A stretch of DNA of 63,972 nucleotides, taken from Candidatus Micrarchaeia archaeon (GTDB lineage: Archaea > Micrarchaeota > Micrarchaeia > Norongarragalinales > CAINOH01). This document shows, in pieces, positions 9,080 to 18,782 of this stretch. A program made the translations under genes and the position numbers. The DNA lies in assembly GCA_041663565.1 (NCBI GenBank), contig JBAYMJ010000005.1, positions 1-63,972 on the forward strand, given 5' to 3'. Numbering within the stretch: the first letter of the stretch is position 1; each line of letters begins with the position of its first letter. The notes below the pieces were generated by a model. It saw only the letters and a program-made list of their open reading frames with translations. It was not told the origin of the DNA and ran no database searches.

Positions 9080-10381
9080 TCATGGCGTGAGCCTGTGCCT
9101 GTCGCGCGGGAACAGCGCGCACTCGCGGATGTTGTCGCGGTTTGCAAGCTTCATGGTCAGGCGCTCAGCTCCGATTGACCAGCCCGCGTGCGGGATTGAG
9201 CCGTAACGGAACGCGTCGATGTAGCCTTCGAATGCGGAAGGCCGAAGCCCCTTGGCCTTGAGCTGCTTGATGAGCAGGTCGGGCTGATGGATTCTCTGGG
9301 CGCCCGAGCATAGCTCGACTCCCTTGTACATCAAGTCGTAGGCAAAGCAGATTTCCGGCTTGTCCGGGTGCGGCATTGAGTAGAACGCGCGGATTGCAGT
9401 AGGCCATTCGGTGATGAAGAACGCCTCGGCGCCAAGCAGTGCGGGCATCTCCTTCTCCTGCTCCTTGGAAAAGTCCTCGCCCCACCCCATCGGGTAGCCC
9501 TTGGCGTTGAGCTTGTCAACGATTTGCGAGTAGGTGAAGCGCGGGACTTCCTTTGGCACGGTGACGTTGGAGCCCAGGAGCTTGAGTTCGTCCTGGCAGG
9601 TATCGGTGACTCGCGAAAGTATGTTGATGAACACCTGCTCAAGCACGCCGATGGCGTCCTCGTGGGTGGCGAACCCCATCTCGATGTCCATCTGCGTTAT
9701 CTCGTTGAGGTGGAAGGGCGTGTTGTGCTTCTCCGCGCGGAACACCGGCGTGACCATGTAGACTTTGTCCATCCCGCCCATCACCGCAATCTGCTTGTAA
9801 AGCTGCGGGCTCTGGGCGAGGAAGGCTTCCTTGTCGAAATATACCACCGGGAAAAGGTCGGTCCCGCCTTCGGTGCTTGAGGATACGAGGCAGGTGGGCG
9901 TGATTTCCTGGAACTCCAACTCGTCGAGCTTCTCGCGAAAACCGCGCACGGCCTGGCTGCGGATTTTGAAAACGGCGGTAGTCTCAAGGCGGCGCAGGTC
10001 GATGAACCGCTTGTCAAGCCGCACGTCCAAGTCAGCAGGGACCTTGCCGGTGACCTCGAAGGGCACGATGCCGTGCACCTCGCCCACGACCTCTATCTTG
10101 CTTGGCATTATCTCAAAGCCCCTGGGCGCAATCTTGGACGCCTTGACCTTGCCAGTGCAGAGTATGGCGACTTCCTTGACGAACTTGTCGACAATAGCTA
10201 CAAGCGCCGGGTCCGCTTCCTTCTTCTTTATGGTAAGCTGGACCAGTCCGGTCTTGTCGCGGAGGAGGATGAACTTGAGCCCGCCCAGGTCGCGTATCTC
10301 GTGGACCCAGCCCGCGAGCTTCACTTCCTTTCCGTCAAGCTCGGGCGTGACCTGTTTTGCATAGTGGGAGCGCATCGTCAT
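9080..10381 (-). CDS. aspS: Aspartyl-tRNA synthetase, archaeal type (likely non-discriminating)
   Basis: GWVHEIRDLGG, LAQSPQLYKQ, FRAE, PHAGWSIGAERL, FPRD. Confidence 0.95.
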   Translation of the reverse strand: MTMRSHYAKQVTPELDGKEVKLAGWVHEIRDLGGLKFILLRDKTGLVQLTIKKKEADPALVAIVDKFVKEVAILCTGKVKASKIAPRGFEIMPSKIEVVGEVHGIVPFEVTGKVPADLDVRLDKRFIDLRRLETTAVFKIRSQAVRGFREKLDELEFQEITPTCLVSSSTEGGTDLFPVVYFDKEAFLAQSPQLYKQIAVMGGMDKVYMVTPVFRAEKHNTPFHLNEITQMDIEMGFATHEDAIGVLEQVFINILSRVTDTCQDELKLLGSNVTVPKEVPRFTYSQIVDKLNAKGYPMGWGEDFSKEQEKEMPALLGAEAFFITEWPTAIRAFYSMPHPDKPEICFAYDLMYKGVELCSGAQRIHQPDLLIKQLKAKGLRPSAFEGYIDAFRYGSIPHAGWSIGAERLTMKLANRDNIRECALFPRDRHRLTP

Positions 10382-10442
10382 AGTAAACACCGTCGGGAGA
10401 ATTGTAGTCGAATTAAAAGGGTGGTTGAAGGAATATAAGAAT

Positions 10443-11240
10443 ATGAGAGAACCGGTGAAGCCGCAAGGGTGGACTGACTTGAGCGTCGGCAACGTGAAGG
10501 CGTACTGCAGGCCGGGCTACGAGAAGGTCCTAAGCGCGCCTTGGGTGCTTACCAGGAAGCGCGTGCCGCGGCCGGAGAACGAGGAAGAGAGGAAGTGGCA
10601 GGATTACTGCGCCGAGAAGCTCTTGATGGTGCACAAGAGGACGCGGGTAGCAAAAAAGGACGCCACGGGAAAACTCGCCGGCCTCATTATGCACGCGGCC
10701 ATACGGCAGTACCGCGTGGCGCACGTGGACATCGACGCAATCGAGAAGGCCCGGAAGGCGGGGGTACGGATGGAAAAGCCCCTGGCGGTCATCTACCTGC
10801 CAGACTCGCCGGATAGGCCAGACAAGTCGAATAATCCTATCCACGTATTCAAGTGGATACGCGGAAAGACTCTGGTCGACTTCCTCAAAAAGGAAAAATC
10901 CCCTTCGAAAAGAAAGAGGGTCATATCCGACGTATTCCGCCAGGTCGAAAAGCTGCACGCAAGCGGCCTGACCCACGGGGACCTGCGCGGCAGGAACGTC
11001 ATCGTGGACCGTTCCGGAAAGGCGCACCTCATAGACATGACGTCCAGGTACGCCGGATACAAGCCTGCCGACGACTTTTTAGAATTCGACGCGGACCTGC
11101 ACGACGAGGAAGTGAAAGGCAAACTGAAACTGCTCCGCGAAGGCGAGTGGCCCATTCGAAAGACCGCGAGGCAATGCGCGGAAAAACAGAGTGGGGGATC
11201 TGAGATTCGAACTCAGGTCACCAGGTCCCGAACCTGGTAG
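10443..11240 (+). CDS. Atypical protein kinase-like protein (Bud32/RIO/Kdo-like)
   Basis: WIRGKTLVDFL hinge, LHASGLTHGDLRGRNVIV catalytic loop, HLIDM; 3' end overlaps tRNA-Pro antisense. Confidence 0.7.
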   Translation: MREPVKPQGWTDLSVGNVKAYCRPGYEKVLSAPWVLTRKRVPRPENEEERKWQDYCAEKLLMVHKRTRVAKKDATGKLAGLIMHAAIRQYRVAHVDIDAIEKARKAGVRMEKPLAVIYLPDSPDRPDKSNNPIHVFKWIRGKTLVDFLKKEKSPSKRKRVISDVFRQVEKLHASGLTHGDLRGRNVIVDRSGKAHLIDMTSRYAGYKPADDFLEFDADLHDEEVKGKLKLLREGEWPIRKTARQCAEKQSGGSEIRTQVTRSRTW

Positions 11241-11264
11241 GATGCCAGGCTACCCCAATCCCCC
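11192..11264 (-). tRNA. tRNA-Pro(CGG)
   Basis: Acceptor GGGGGAT/ATCCCCC, anticodon arm CCAGG-TTCGGGA-CCTGG, TTCGAAT T-loop; no intron, no encoded CCA. Confidence 0.96.
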
Positions 11265-11490
11265 AGAATGAGCGTAATATTTCTGGGCGGTAAGGTTTAT
11301 TTGCCTTCTATAGCGAACCGGGTAAGTAAGCCTAAAGGATTCTCGGTTGCGCTAGAGGCAAAACGCGGAGAATGCCTCTGGTCATTTCGCGTTTTGCCGT
11401 AATTGCGTTTCGGTGCGTTGCAGTCGCGCCGGCCTGCCGGACAAATCGCAAATATAAGCCTGAAGCGGGATAATATCAACTTGCAAGAAT

Positions 11491-11565
11491 GGGCCCGTAG
11501 CTCAGCCTGGACAGAGCGACTGCCTTCTAAGCCGTAGGTCGTGGGTCCGAATCCCACCGGGCCCG
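11491..11565 (+). tRNA. tRNA-Arg(TCT)
   Basis: Acceptor GGGCCCG/CGGGCCC, anticodon loop CTTCTAA, T-arm GTGGG-TCCGAAT-CCCAC. Confidence 0.93.
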
Positions 11566-11583
11566 CATATTTACAGTGATGGC

Positions 11584-12462
11584 ATGAGGACAGCAGGTTC
11601 CGAAACGCGCAGCGAAGCGACGAAAATGAGGCGAAGAAATAGGGCGGTAGTGCTCACTGGCGGCATCGAAGCAAGGCCGTATTTCCTAAAGAATCATGTG
11701 TTGAAGGTGGTTTCACCTTCGGAAATCCCAGATAGCGTAATCGACGCACCTGACGAGCCGTCCAATGACAGGACTGCATCATTCAGGGGCCTGTCTGCGG
11801 CAGAGCAGACCACAAGAGTTCTCGGACTTTTCATGCGCGAGCACCCCAACATGGCACGGGTGCATTACGTGCTTCCCTTCTGGTCAAAAGACCACCGCGG
11901 CGGGTTTCCAAAACTGCTCGTTATTCAGGACCGGATAAGGCCAAACTGCGCCCAGCCAAAATCCACGGTGGAAATGACAGGATTGTGGGAACACAAAGTA
12001 ACAAGGGACAAACTAGAAATAGACCCGCAAATCATGAATACGATTTATGACATAAGGCTCGAACAAAAAGATGCCAATGGCCAACCAGCTAATAGGTATA
12101 CTCTTGTCGACTACCGCAAAGGAAAACCTGTGTTTAGGGAAGATAAGCCCAATCTTTTACGGATAAGACGAGCCGGAAAAACGCAAGATGTCCTCATCGA
12201 CGCCCTGCTTAAGGACGAAGCCATGGTCGGACAGGTGCGAAAGAAGGAAACGGAGGCCTGGCCGGGCAAGAAGCCGTGCGCCGAAACCGGCACTTGCGAT
12301 GCAGACTGGAAAAAGTTCGTAAATAACTCGAAGGAGGGCTTTGGGAGGATACCAAGGCAAATCACGTTGAGCCAACTTCGTTCAATCCACGAAATACGTC
12401 CGCTGCTGCCAATGCTCAAGAAAAAAATCGCGTCAGACCGCAGGGCGAAACGCGCACCCTGA
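11584..12462 (+). CDS. Hypothetical protein, possibly a divergent kinase-like fold
   Basis: Motif order LTGGIEARPY / VLKVV / HPNM / LLVIQDRI / EDKPNLL / VLID loosely follows kinase subdomains. Confidence 0.45.
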   Translation: MRTAGSETRSEATKMRRRNRAVVLTGGIEARPYFLKNHVLKVVSPSEIPDSVIDAPDEPSNDRTASFRGLSAAEQTTRVLGLFMREHPNMARVHYVLPFWSKDHRGGFPKLLVIQDRIRPNCAQPKSTVEMTGLWEHKVTRDKLEIDPQIMNTIYDIRLEQKDANGQPANRYTLVDYRKGKPVFREDKPNLLRIRRAGKTQDVLIDALLKDEAMVGQVRKKETEAWPGKKPCAETGTCDADWKKFVNNSKEGFGRIPRQITLSQLRSIHEIRPLLPMLKKKIASDRRAKRAP

Positions 12463-12524
12463 CTGCACTCCGCTTTCAAAACCGTTTTATTCGCCGCTTC
12501 GCTTCCTTCTAAAGGTTATAGAAC

Positions 12525-13304
12525 ATGAAGATACGGAACGGCTCCTTTCCCATGGATTGGGACGAAACTGAAAACGCGCTGTCTGTCGACGGCGTAAACA
12601 TTGAACCCTCGGTCCGCACCGTAGGCGACATGGCCGAGGTGCTTGCGGACCCGAAATACGCGCGCACCGCGCTTGCAAGCGACGCAGAAAAATCCAAGAT
12701 ACTCTACTACATGCACCGCAACGTGCACAAAAAGGAGGACGAGAAGGCGCTCTCCAAGTTCCGGCGCAGGTACGACGTGACGGTAATCCCGCCCGCGATG
12801 CTCGGCCAGGAGTACGTAAAGACAATCGGGCACTACCACGAGCTTTCGCGCAAGGGCGTGAGCTTCCCCGAGCTTTACGAGGTGATGGCCGGAGTTGCGC
12901 ATTTTCTCATTTTCAAAAGGAAAAGGGCCGCTGGAAAGGACATCGATGACAAGATTACCGATGCCGTGCTCATCGAGGCCGGCGCGGGCGACAAGGTGTT
13001 CGTGCCCTGTGACTACGGCCACGTGATGATAAACCCCGGAAGGCGCGTGCTCGTGACAAACAATATTGTCGAGTGGAAGTTCAAGAGCATCTACGAGCCG
13101 GTTGGCAAGATGGCCGGAGCGCCATATTTCGAGCTTGAAGGCGAGACCACCATCCCAAACGAGCGCTATGCCGAGCTTTCGCCGCTTTCAAAAATCAAGG
13201 CCAAGGACTACTCGCCCACAATCGACTTGCACCTTGACCGGGGCACGGCAATCTACGACATCTTCGCAAGGGACCCGGAGAAGTTCGCGTTCCTGGAGCC
13301 GTAG
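12525..13304 (+). CDS. Glucose-6-phosphate isomerase, cupin type
   Basis: KTIGHYH, PELYEVMAG, VFVPCDYGHVMIN metal-binding cupin motifs. Confidence 0.88.
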   Translation: MKIRNGSFPMDWDETENALSVDGVNIEPSVRTVGDMAEVLADPKYARTALASDAEKSKILYYMHRNVHKKEDEKALSKFRRRYDVTVIPPAMLGQEYVKTIGHYHELSRKGVSFPELYEVMAGVAHFLIFKRKRAAGKDIDDKITDAVLIEAGAGDKVFVPCDYGHVMINPGRRVLVTNNIVEWKFKSIYEPVGKMAGAPYFELEGETTIPNERYAELSPLSKIKAKDYSPTIDLHLDRGTAIYDIFARDPEKFAFLEP

Positions 13305-13397
13305 CCGGCTCTTGGAAAAAGATAAAAAAATAGGATTGAAAAAAGAAGGAAATGAAAAAATAAAGAGAATGGAAAAAGAAATAGGAAAACCTAATTC

Positions 13398-13976
13398 TTA
13401 TTGCGGCAGGACCTGCGGCCGCTCGTCGGTCTGCAGCCCCAGGTAGTACACGTAGGTCGCAAGGAACCTGCCGTACATGTACGAAAACTCCCAGAGCGTG
13501 CGGTTGCGGCGGCCCGTAAAGAGCACGATTATGGCCTGCAGCACGAGCGCCACGAACGCCACCACGCCGACTATTGTACCGATTATGTGGAACGCTATCG
13601 CGTAGAGGATGCGCACCAAAAGCTCGCGGCGCATCGCAAGGGGCTTGAAGGAATAATAGACCTTGACCTTGCGCATCGCGTCTCCGGGGACTATCGCGGG
13701 CCGCTCGTCAGTGAGCAGCAGGTAGTAGGCGAAGTACTGGAAGATGTAGTCGAGGTAGTACTTGTGGAAGAAGTCCGCTATGGTCTTGCTGCGTGCGCGC
13801 GAGAACAGGATGGTCAGCGCCTGAGCGACGAACGGCAGGATTAGCGTGAACAGGCCGAGTATGTGGAACAGCACGAGCATTATGACTGCGAAGGGAATCC
13901 CGTACACTAGGCGCACGAAAAGCTCGAGCCTCGACGCCTTGTCCGACCAGAGGACTGAATAGGTGACAGTTTGCAT
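13398..13976 (-). CDS. DUF4389-like membrane protein with two repeats
   Basis: Two repeats RLELFVRL...LLTDERP and RRELLVRI...LQTDERP; upstream Phe-rich extension is a T-tract artefact. Confidence 0.75.
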   Translation of the reverse strand: MQTVTYSVLWSDKASRLELFVRLVYGIPFAVIMLVLFHILGLFTLILPFVAQALTILFSRARSKTIADFFHKYYLDYIFQYFAYYLLLTDERPAIVPGDAMRKVKVYYSFKPLAMRRELLVRILYAIAFHIIGTIVGVVAFVALVLQAIIVLFTGRRNRTLWEFSYMYGRFLATYVYYLGLQTDERPQVLPQ

Positions 13977-14061
13977 GGGTTTGACCACCAGTAGGGAGAA
14001 TGCAGGGGCTGAATAAAAAACGTTGGAATTCCATTGGGGCGGAAAGCGCGAAACCCCTGTG

Positions 14062-14162
14062 AAAAAATAAGAAGGTTTGAAAAGGAAAAAATGAAAAAAA
14101 GAGAAAAAGAAACTTGAAAAAGAAGAAATTAAAAAGAGGAAAAAGAAAGTTTGGAAAAAAGG
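14062..14162 (-). terminator. Long U-rich tract after the thermosome gene
   Basis: ~100-nt A/G-rich tract on the plus strand; similar tracts follow rpoL (3282-3341), DUF4389 (13315-13390) and dsbA (18721-18770), and on the plus strand dsbA2 (46810-46843). Confidence 0.6.
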
Positions 14163-14172
14163 CACTATGCCC

Positions 14173-15810
14173 TTAGTCCATGTCTCCCATTCCCATGCCG
14201 CCGGGGCCGCCTTGCGGCATCTGGGGCTTCCCGCGGCTTGCGATGATGTCGTCGATGCGGAGTATCATCTCGCAGACCTCGGACGCTGACTGGAGCGCCT
14301 GGCGCTTGACGCGCATCGGCTCGATTACAAGCAGGGGCTTCATGTCGGAAACCTTGGTCGCGTTGACGTCCACTCCGATGCTCTTGCCGCCCTTCTCGTG
14401 CTTGCTGCGCAGGTCAACTATGGTGTCAATCGGGTCAAGGCCGCAGCTCTCCGCGAGAGTACGGGGGATGACCTCGAGTGCTTCTGCAAACGCTTCAATC
14501 GCAAGCTGCTCGCGTCCGCCGATTGTGACTGCCTTGCGCTTGAGCGCAAGGGAAAGCTCCATCTCTGCGGAACCGCCGCCGTAGACGAACTTGCCGTCAA
14601 TCATCGCCGCGCTTACCGCTCCGATTGCGTCCACGAACGCGCGCTCAGCCTCGTCGATGACGTGCTGGGTGCCTCCGCGGATGAGCAGGGTGACCGCCTT
14701 GGGCTCCTTGCAGTCCTCGACGAAAGTCATCTGCTCGCCTGAAATCTTGCGCTCCTCTACGTTTCCGGCCTTCCCGAGGTCGGAAGCTGAGAGGTCGTCA
14801 AGGGTGGTTACCACGCGACCGCCCGTTGCGCGGGAAAGCTTCTCCATGTCGGACTTCTTCACGCGCCTGCAGGCCATGATTCCCTTCTTTGCAAGGAAGT
14901 GCTGCGCCACGTCGTCGATTCCCTTCTGGCAGAACAGCACGTTCGCGCCGCTCTTTGCGACCTTGTCGACCATCTCGCGGAGCATCTTCTCCTCCTGCGC
15001 CAAAAATGCAGTCATCTGCTCGGGCGAGTTGATGTTGATGCGCGCGTCGGTCTCGGTCTTCTCAATCTCAAGCGCGGTGTCTATGAGCGCAATCTTTGCG
15101 TTCGCGACCTTCTTGGGCATCCCCGGGTGCACGATTTCCTTGTCAACCAGCACGCCGTTGATGAGCGTGGTGCCTGAGACCTCGCCGCCCTGCTTCTTCT
15201 CTATCTTGATGAAGTCCTTGTCAACGGTGAGCTTTGCATTGTGGGTGTCAGCTACCTTGGATACGGCCTCGACTACGAGCTTGGAGAGCGGCTTGTTGAC
15301 GTCGCCCATGCTCACTGCCTTGGAGCCCATCGAAATCTGCGCGATTTCCTCGAGCTTTGCGGTGTCCTTGATGGTGACCGGCTCGCTTATGGTGTCAAGG
15401 ACCTTGATTGCCTCGCTTGCCGCGTGCTTGTAGCCGCGGATTATGATTGAGGAGTGCACGTCCTGGTCGATGAGTTCTGCTGCCTTCTTGAACAATTCCC
15501 CTGCGATTACTACCGCAGTGGTGGTGCCGTCTCCGACCTCCTCGTCCTGGGTCTTTGCAATCTCGACCATCATCTTTGCCGCCGGGTGCTCGACGTTCAT
15601 CTCCTTGAGTATGGTCGCGCCGTCGTTGGTGATGACGATGTCGCCCATCTCGTCAACGAGCATCTTGTCCATGCCGCGCGGTCCGAGCGTTGACTTGACC
15701 GCCTGCGCCACTGCGTACGCGACTGCGATGTTGGTGCGCTGGGCGTCGCGTCCGAGGATGCGCGTGCTTCCCTCGGGAAGGGGACCCTGTGACTGTTGGA
15801 TGTTTGCCAT
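14173..15810 (-). CDS. ths: Thermosome (group II chaperonin) subunit
   Basis: [30 protein letters not shown]-rich tail. Confidence 0.98.
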   Translation of the reverse strand: MANIQQSQGPLPEGSTRILGRDAQRTNIAVAYAVAQAVKSTLGPRGMDKMLVDEMGDIVITNDGATILKEMNVEHPAAKMMVEIAKTQDEEVGDGTTTAVVIAGELFKKAAELIDQDVHSSIIIRGYKHAASEAIKVLDTISEPVTIKDTAKLEEIAQISMGSKAVSMGDVNKPLSKLVVEAVSKVADTHNAKLTVDKDFIKIEKKQGGEVSGTTLINGVLVDKEIVHPGMPKKVANAKIALIDTALEIEKTETDARININSPEQMTAFLAQEEKMLREMVDKVAKSGANVLFCQKGIDDVAQHFLAKKGIMACRRVKKSDMEKLSRATGGRVVTTLDDLSASDLGKAGNVEERKISGEQMTFVEDCKEPKAVTLLIRGGTQHVIDEAERAFVDAIGAVSAAMIDGKFVYGGGSAEMELSLALKRKAVTIGGREQLAIEAFAEALEVIPRTLAESCGLDPIDTIVDLRSKHEKGGKSIGVDVNATKVSDMKPLLVIEPMRVKRQALQSASEVCEMILRIDDIIASRGKPQMPQGGPGGMGMGDMD

Positions 15811-16016
15811 ATACTGTTCCACCTCAAATAAATGCCGTTTATTTTACAAATAGGTCGTAAATTTGGCCACTTCCTTGCCGGCTTTGGCCTCTAGCCCTTA
15901 AATACAAGTAAGCAATAGGCGCGAACAAAAAATAAAAAGATTGGCTTACGGGACTGCCGGGCATCGAACGATTTAATAGAGGAAATGCCCTCACTAAATC
16001 GGCGAAAAACCGTCCT

Positions 16017-17150
16017 TTGCCATTAGGGGTAGATTTCGTGGTTCTTGAAAACATCGGCGTCCTGTTCAATATCATACTTCCGCTCATAGGCCTGGTAATC
16101 GGTGCCGAAATATTCCTGATTATCCTCAACCGGGTCATCAAGCCGCTGGTGCTCAAGTCCAAGACCACGCTTGACGACCGCCTCGTCGGGGCGGTCGAGG
16201 AGCCCACCCGCATGCTGGGCATCCTCCTCGGAATCTACTTCACCATAGAGCCGCTGGTAATCGGCTCCCTCTTTTACGGCCACGACTTCGGCTTCTGGTT
16301 CCAAAGCGCGCTAATACTCTGGACGGGCCACCTGGTCTCGAGGGTGCTCAACGCGCTGATCATCTGGTACATGCAGGAGTACTCGGCCGACCCCAAGAAC
16401 AAGGCGAGCCTGAAGATAAACAAGGACATCATCCCCATCCTGCGCTGGCTCTCGCGCATCACGATATACCTCATCACGGTAATCATCATACTCCAGCGCT
16501 TCGGCGTGGAGATAACGCCGCTTGTCGCAACGCTCGGGATCGGCGGCCTCGCAGTCGCCCTTGCGCTGCAGAGCACGCTGTCAAGCTTCTTTGCCGGGTT
16601 CTACCTCCTGTCCGACAGGCCCATCAAGGGCGGCGAGTTCATAGCCCTTGAGGACGAGAACGCGGTAATCAAGGGCTTTGTCGAGGAAATCGGCTGGAGG
16701 ATGACGCGCATACGCACGCGCGGCAACTACACCTACTTCGTGCCCAACGAAAAGATCATCTCGACAAGCATAGTCAACTTCTCGCGGGGCATCCAGAACA
16801 ACTGGAAGGGCGCGTCGCTCACAGTCGGCGTCAAGTACGGCTCGGACGTCGAGAAGGTGAAGAAAATCATAAAGGAAGCGGTGCAGAACGTGCAGAAGCG
16901 CGACCCGAAGATTGCGAAGAGCGAGCCCATAGTCCGGCTTGAGAAGTTCGGCGACTCCGCGCTAGAGTTCAAGGCGCTGTACGAGGTCAACAACTACTTC
17001 GAGACCGAGCTCGTGGCAAGCGAGGTGCGCGAGGAAATCCTCAAGGGCTTCGACAAGGCGGGGATAGAGATACCGTTCACGACGTACCACGTTTACCTGA
17101 AGGAAGAGGAAAAGGCTCCGAGCAAGAAGCAGAAGAAGCTGATTGAGTAG
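16017..17150 (+). CDS. mscS: MscS small-conductance mechanosensitive channel
   Basis: GIGGLAVALALQSTLSSFFAG, GFVEEIGWRMTRIR, VPNEKI, IEIPF. Confidence 0.92.
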   Translation: MPLGVDFVVLENIGVLFNIILPLIGLVIGAEIFLIILNRVIKPLVLKSKTTLDDRLVGAVEEPTRMLGILLGIYFTIEPLVIGSLFYGHDFGFWFQSALILWTGHLVSRVLNALIIWYMQEYSADPKNKASLKINKDIIPILRWLSRITIYLITVIIILQRFGVEITPLVATLGIGGLAVALALQSTLSSFFAGFYLLSDRPIKGGEFIALEDENAVIKGFVEEIGWRMTRIRTRGNYTYFVPNEKIISTSIVNFSRGIQNNWKGASLTVGVKYGSDVEKVKKIIKEAVQNVQKRDPKIAKSEPIVRLEKFGDSALEFKALYEVNNYFETELVASEVREEILKGFDKAGIEIPFTTYHVYLKEEEKAPSKKQKKLIE

Positions 17151-17231
17151 AAAGTGTGGGACGCGGAAGGATAAACCGTCTTGAGATTCCGCGCCCATCC
17201 GCCGTTCGTCTTTTTTCCATTCTTTTTCCAA

Positions 17232-17816
17232 TCAGGGCTTCCTGCACAGGAACCCCTGCAACCCCTCGTCCCAGCGCACGCCAACAAACCCGGCCTCCAC
17301 GAGCCGCTGCTTGAAGCCCTTGGTCATGTTCTTCCCGCTGTTCTTGCCCGGGTTCCCTGTGTAGTGGAACATCCTTCCCCCGCGCCTGAGCACGCGGAAG
17401 AGCTTTTTGTAGAACGCAAGCGAGTACAGCTCGCCTGCGAGGGAGAATCGCGGCGGGTCGTGCAGGACAAAGTCGAACGAGCCGTCGCCGAAATCGTCAA
17501 TGGACTCGAAGGCATCTCCGACCACGATTTTTATTGCCGGACTTGAAAAGAGCTCGGCGGAGTCCTTGTTTGTCTTTGCAAGCCCAAGCACGTTCTCGTC
17601 AAGCTCAAGCGTGGTGACCTTTGCGCCCTTCTGGGCGGAGGCGATTGCGGAGTAGCCCAACCCCGTGCAGACATCAAGCACGCGGCTTCCCGGCGTCACG
17701 CCAAGCGCACGGACCTTGTCCTGCGAGTCCTGCACTGGCGTCTTCCTCACGGTCTGGTGCATCCGCACCCCGTCAATCTCAATTGTGCCGTCAACAAGGC
17801 GGTAGAACGCTGGCAT
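17232..17816 (-). CDS. Predicted archaeal SAM-dependent methyltransferase (COG2521-like)
   Basis: LDVCTGLGYSA, HDPPRFSLAGELYS, FHYTGNPG. Confidence 0.85.
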   Translation of the reverse strand: MPAFYRLVDGTIEIDGVRMHQTVRKTPVQDSQDKVRALGVTPGSRVLDVCTGLGYSAIASAQKGAKVTTLELDENVLGLAKTNKDSAELFSSPAIKIVVGDAFESIDDFGDGSFDFVLHDPPRFSLAGELYSLAFYKKLFRVLRRGGRMFHYTGNPGKNSGKNMTKGFKQRLVEAGFVGVRWDEGLQGFLCRKP

Positions 17817-17864
17817 AACGAACAATCATCTTTTCCACTTGGGTAAATGCGACCGCTATAAGAC

Positions 17865-18674
17865 TCAGCCTGCGCCGAGCGCCCACGCGGCGACCATGAC
17901 CAGGCCCATCGCAAGCGCAAAGTAGGCGACGCTCACTTTCTTCATTACCTTAAGCAAAGTGTCGAGGGCAAGGTAACCGACCACGAAACTTGTCGCTGCA
18001 AGCAGCATGCCGTCGGCGATTGGAAATGCGGCGACTTCGCCGCTTATGTAGAACACCATCTCGGCGCAGATTACGGTGGGGATGCTGAGAAGGAAGCTCA
18101 GGTAGAAGCTGTCCTCGCTTGAGAAGCCGCGCCAGATGAGCCCGGTCGTGCTGGTTCCCGAACGCGACACTCCCGGAAGCACGCTCAGGCCCTGCAGGAC
18201 TCCGGTGAGGACGCCGTCCTTCCAGGTTGCGGACTCCTTCTTGCGTTCCTTTGTGCCGTTCTGGCTTAACAGGAGGATTCCGGTAAGCACCAGGCCAAGG
18301 CCCATCAATGCAAACAATACACTCGTGTCAAGGGTCGGGAAGAACTTCTTTTCCAGGTAAAGAAGCGGGAAGCCTATTGCGCCGGTAAGGAGGATTGCAG
18401 TCAGGAGGAAGCCAGTCTTTCCTTCGGAGTAGGTGGATTTTGAAAGGGGCTTTGAAAGTACTGCTTGGAAAATCTCGATGATTTCCTTCCGGAAGTAAAT
18501 CGTTGCGGCAAGCAGCGTGCCTATGTGCACGTAAAGGAGTATCGGCACAAGGGACGCGGGGTCGCCGTTGAACACCTTGAACCAAGTCAGGCTCACCTGC
18601 GTCTTGGAGCTTATGGGCACCCACTCGGCGATGCCCTGCACCAAGCCCAGAACAAAAATGGTAATTGCGTCCAT
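17865..18674 (-). CDS. uppP: Undecaprenyl-diphosphate phosphatase (UppP/BacA)
   Basis: GLVQGIAEWVPISS, HIGTLLA, LPGVSRSG, SFLLSIP. Confidence 0.9.
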   Translation of the reverse strand: MDAITIFVLGLVQGIAEWVPISSKTQVSLTWFKVFNGDPASLVPILLYVHIGTLLAATIYFRKEIIEIFQAVLSKPLSKSTYSEGKTGFLLTAILLTGAIGFPLLYLEKKFFPTLDTSVLFALMGLGLVLTGILLLSQNGTKERKKESATWKDGVLTGVLQGLSVLPGVSRSGTSTTGLIWRGFSSEDSFYLSFLLSIPTVICAEMVFYISGEVAAFPIADGMLLAATSFVVGYLALDTLLKVMKKVSVAYFALAMGLVMVAAWALGAG

Positions 18675-18782
18675 CGAATCAGCACCCGGTTGAAATTAAG
18701 AGTAAGAATGATTGCGGCCTTGGAAAATAAAAAAGAAGAAGAAAAGAAGAAAAAGAAAAAAGGGGGGAAATGGGCCGAGAGC

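Noticed and set aside
11192-11565. Integrated elements at tRNA-Pro or tRNA-Arg
   Set aside because: No duplicated 3' ends or nearby integrase found; only orphan ORFs adjoin them.
13977-14165. Phe-rich N-terminal extension of the DUF4389 ORF
   Set aside because: Translation of the thermosome T-rich terminator tract.
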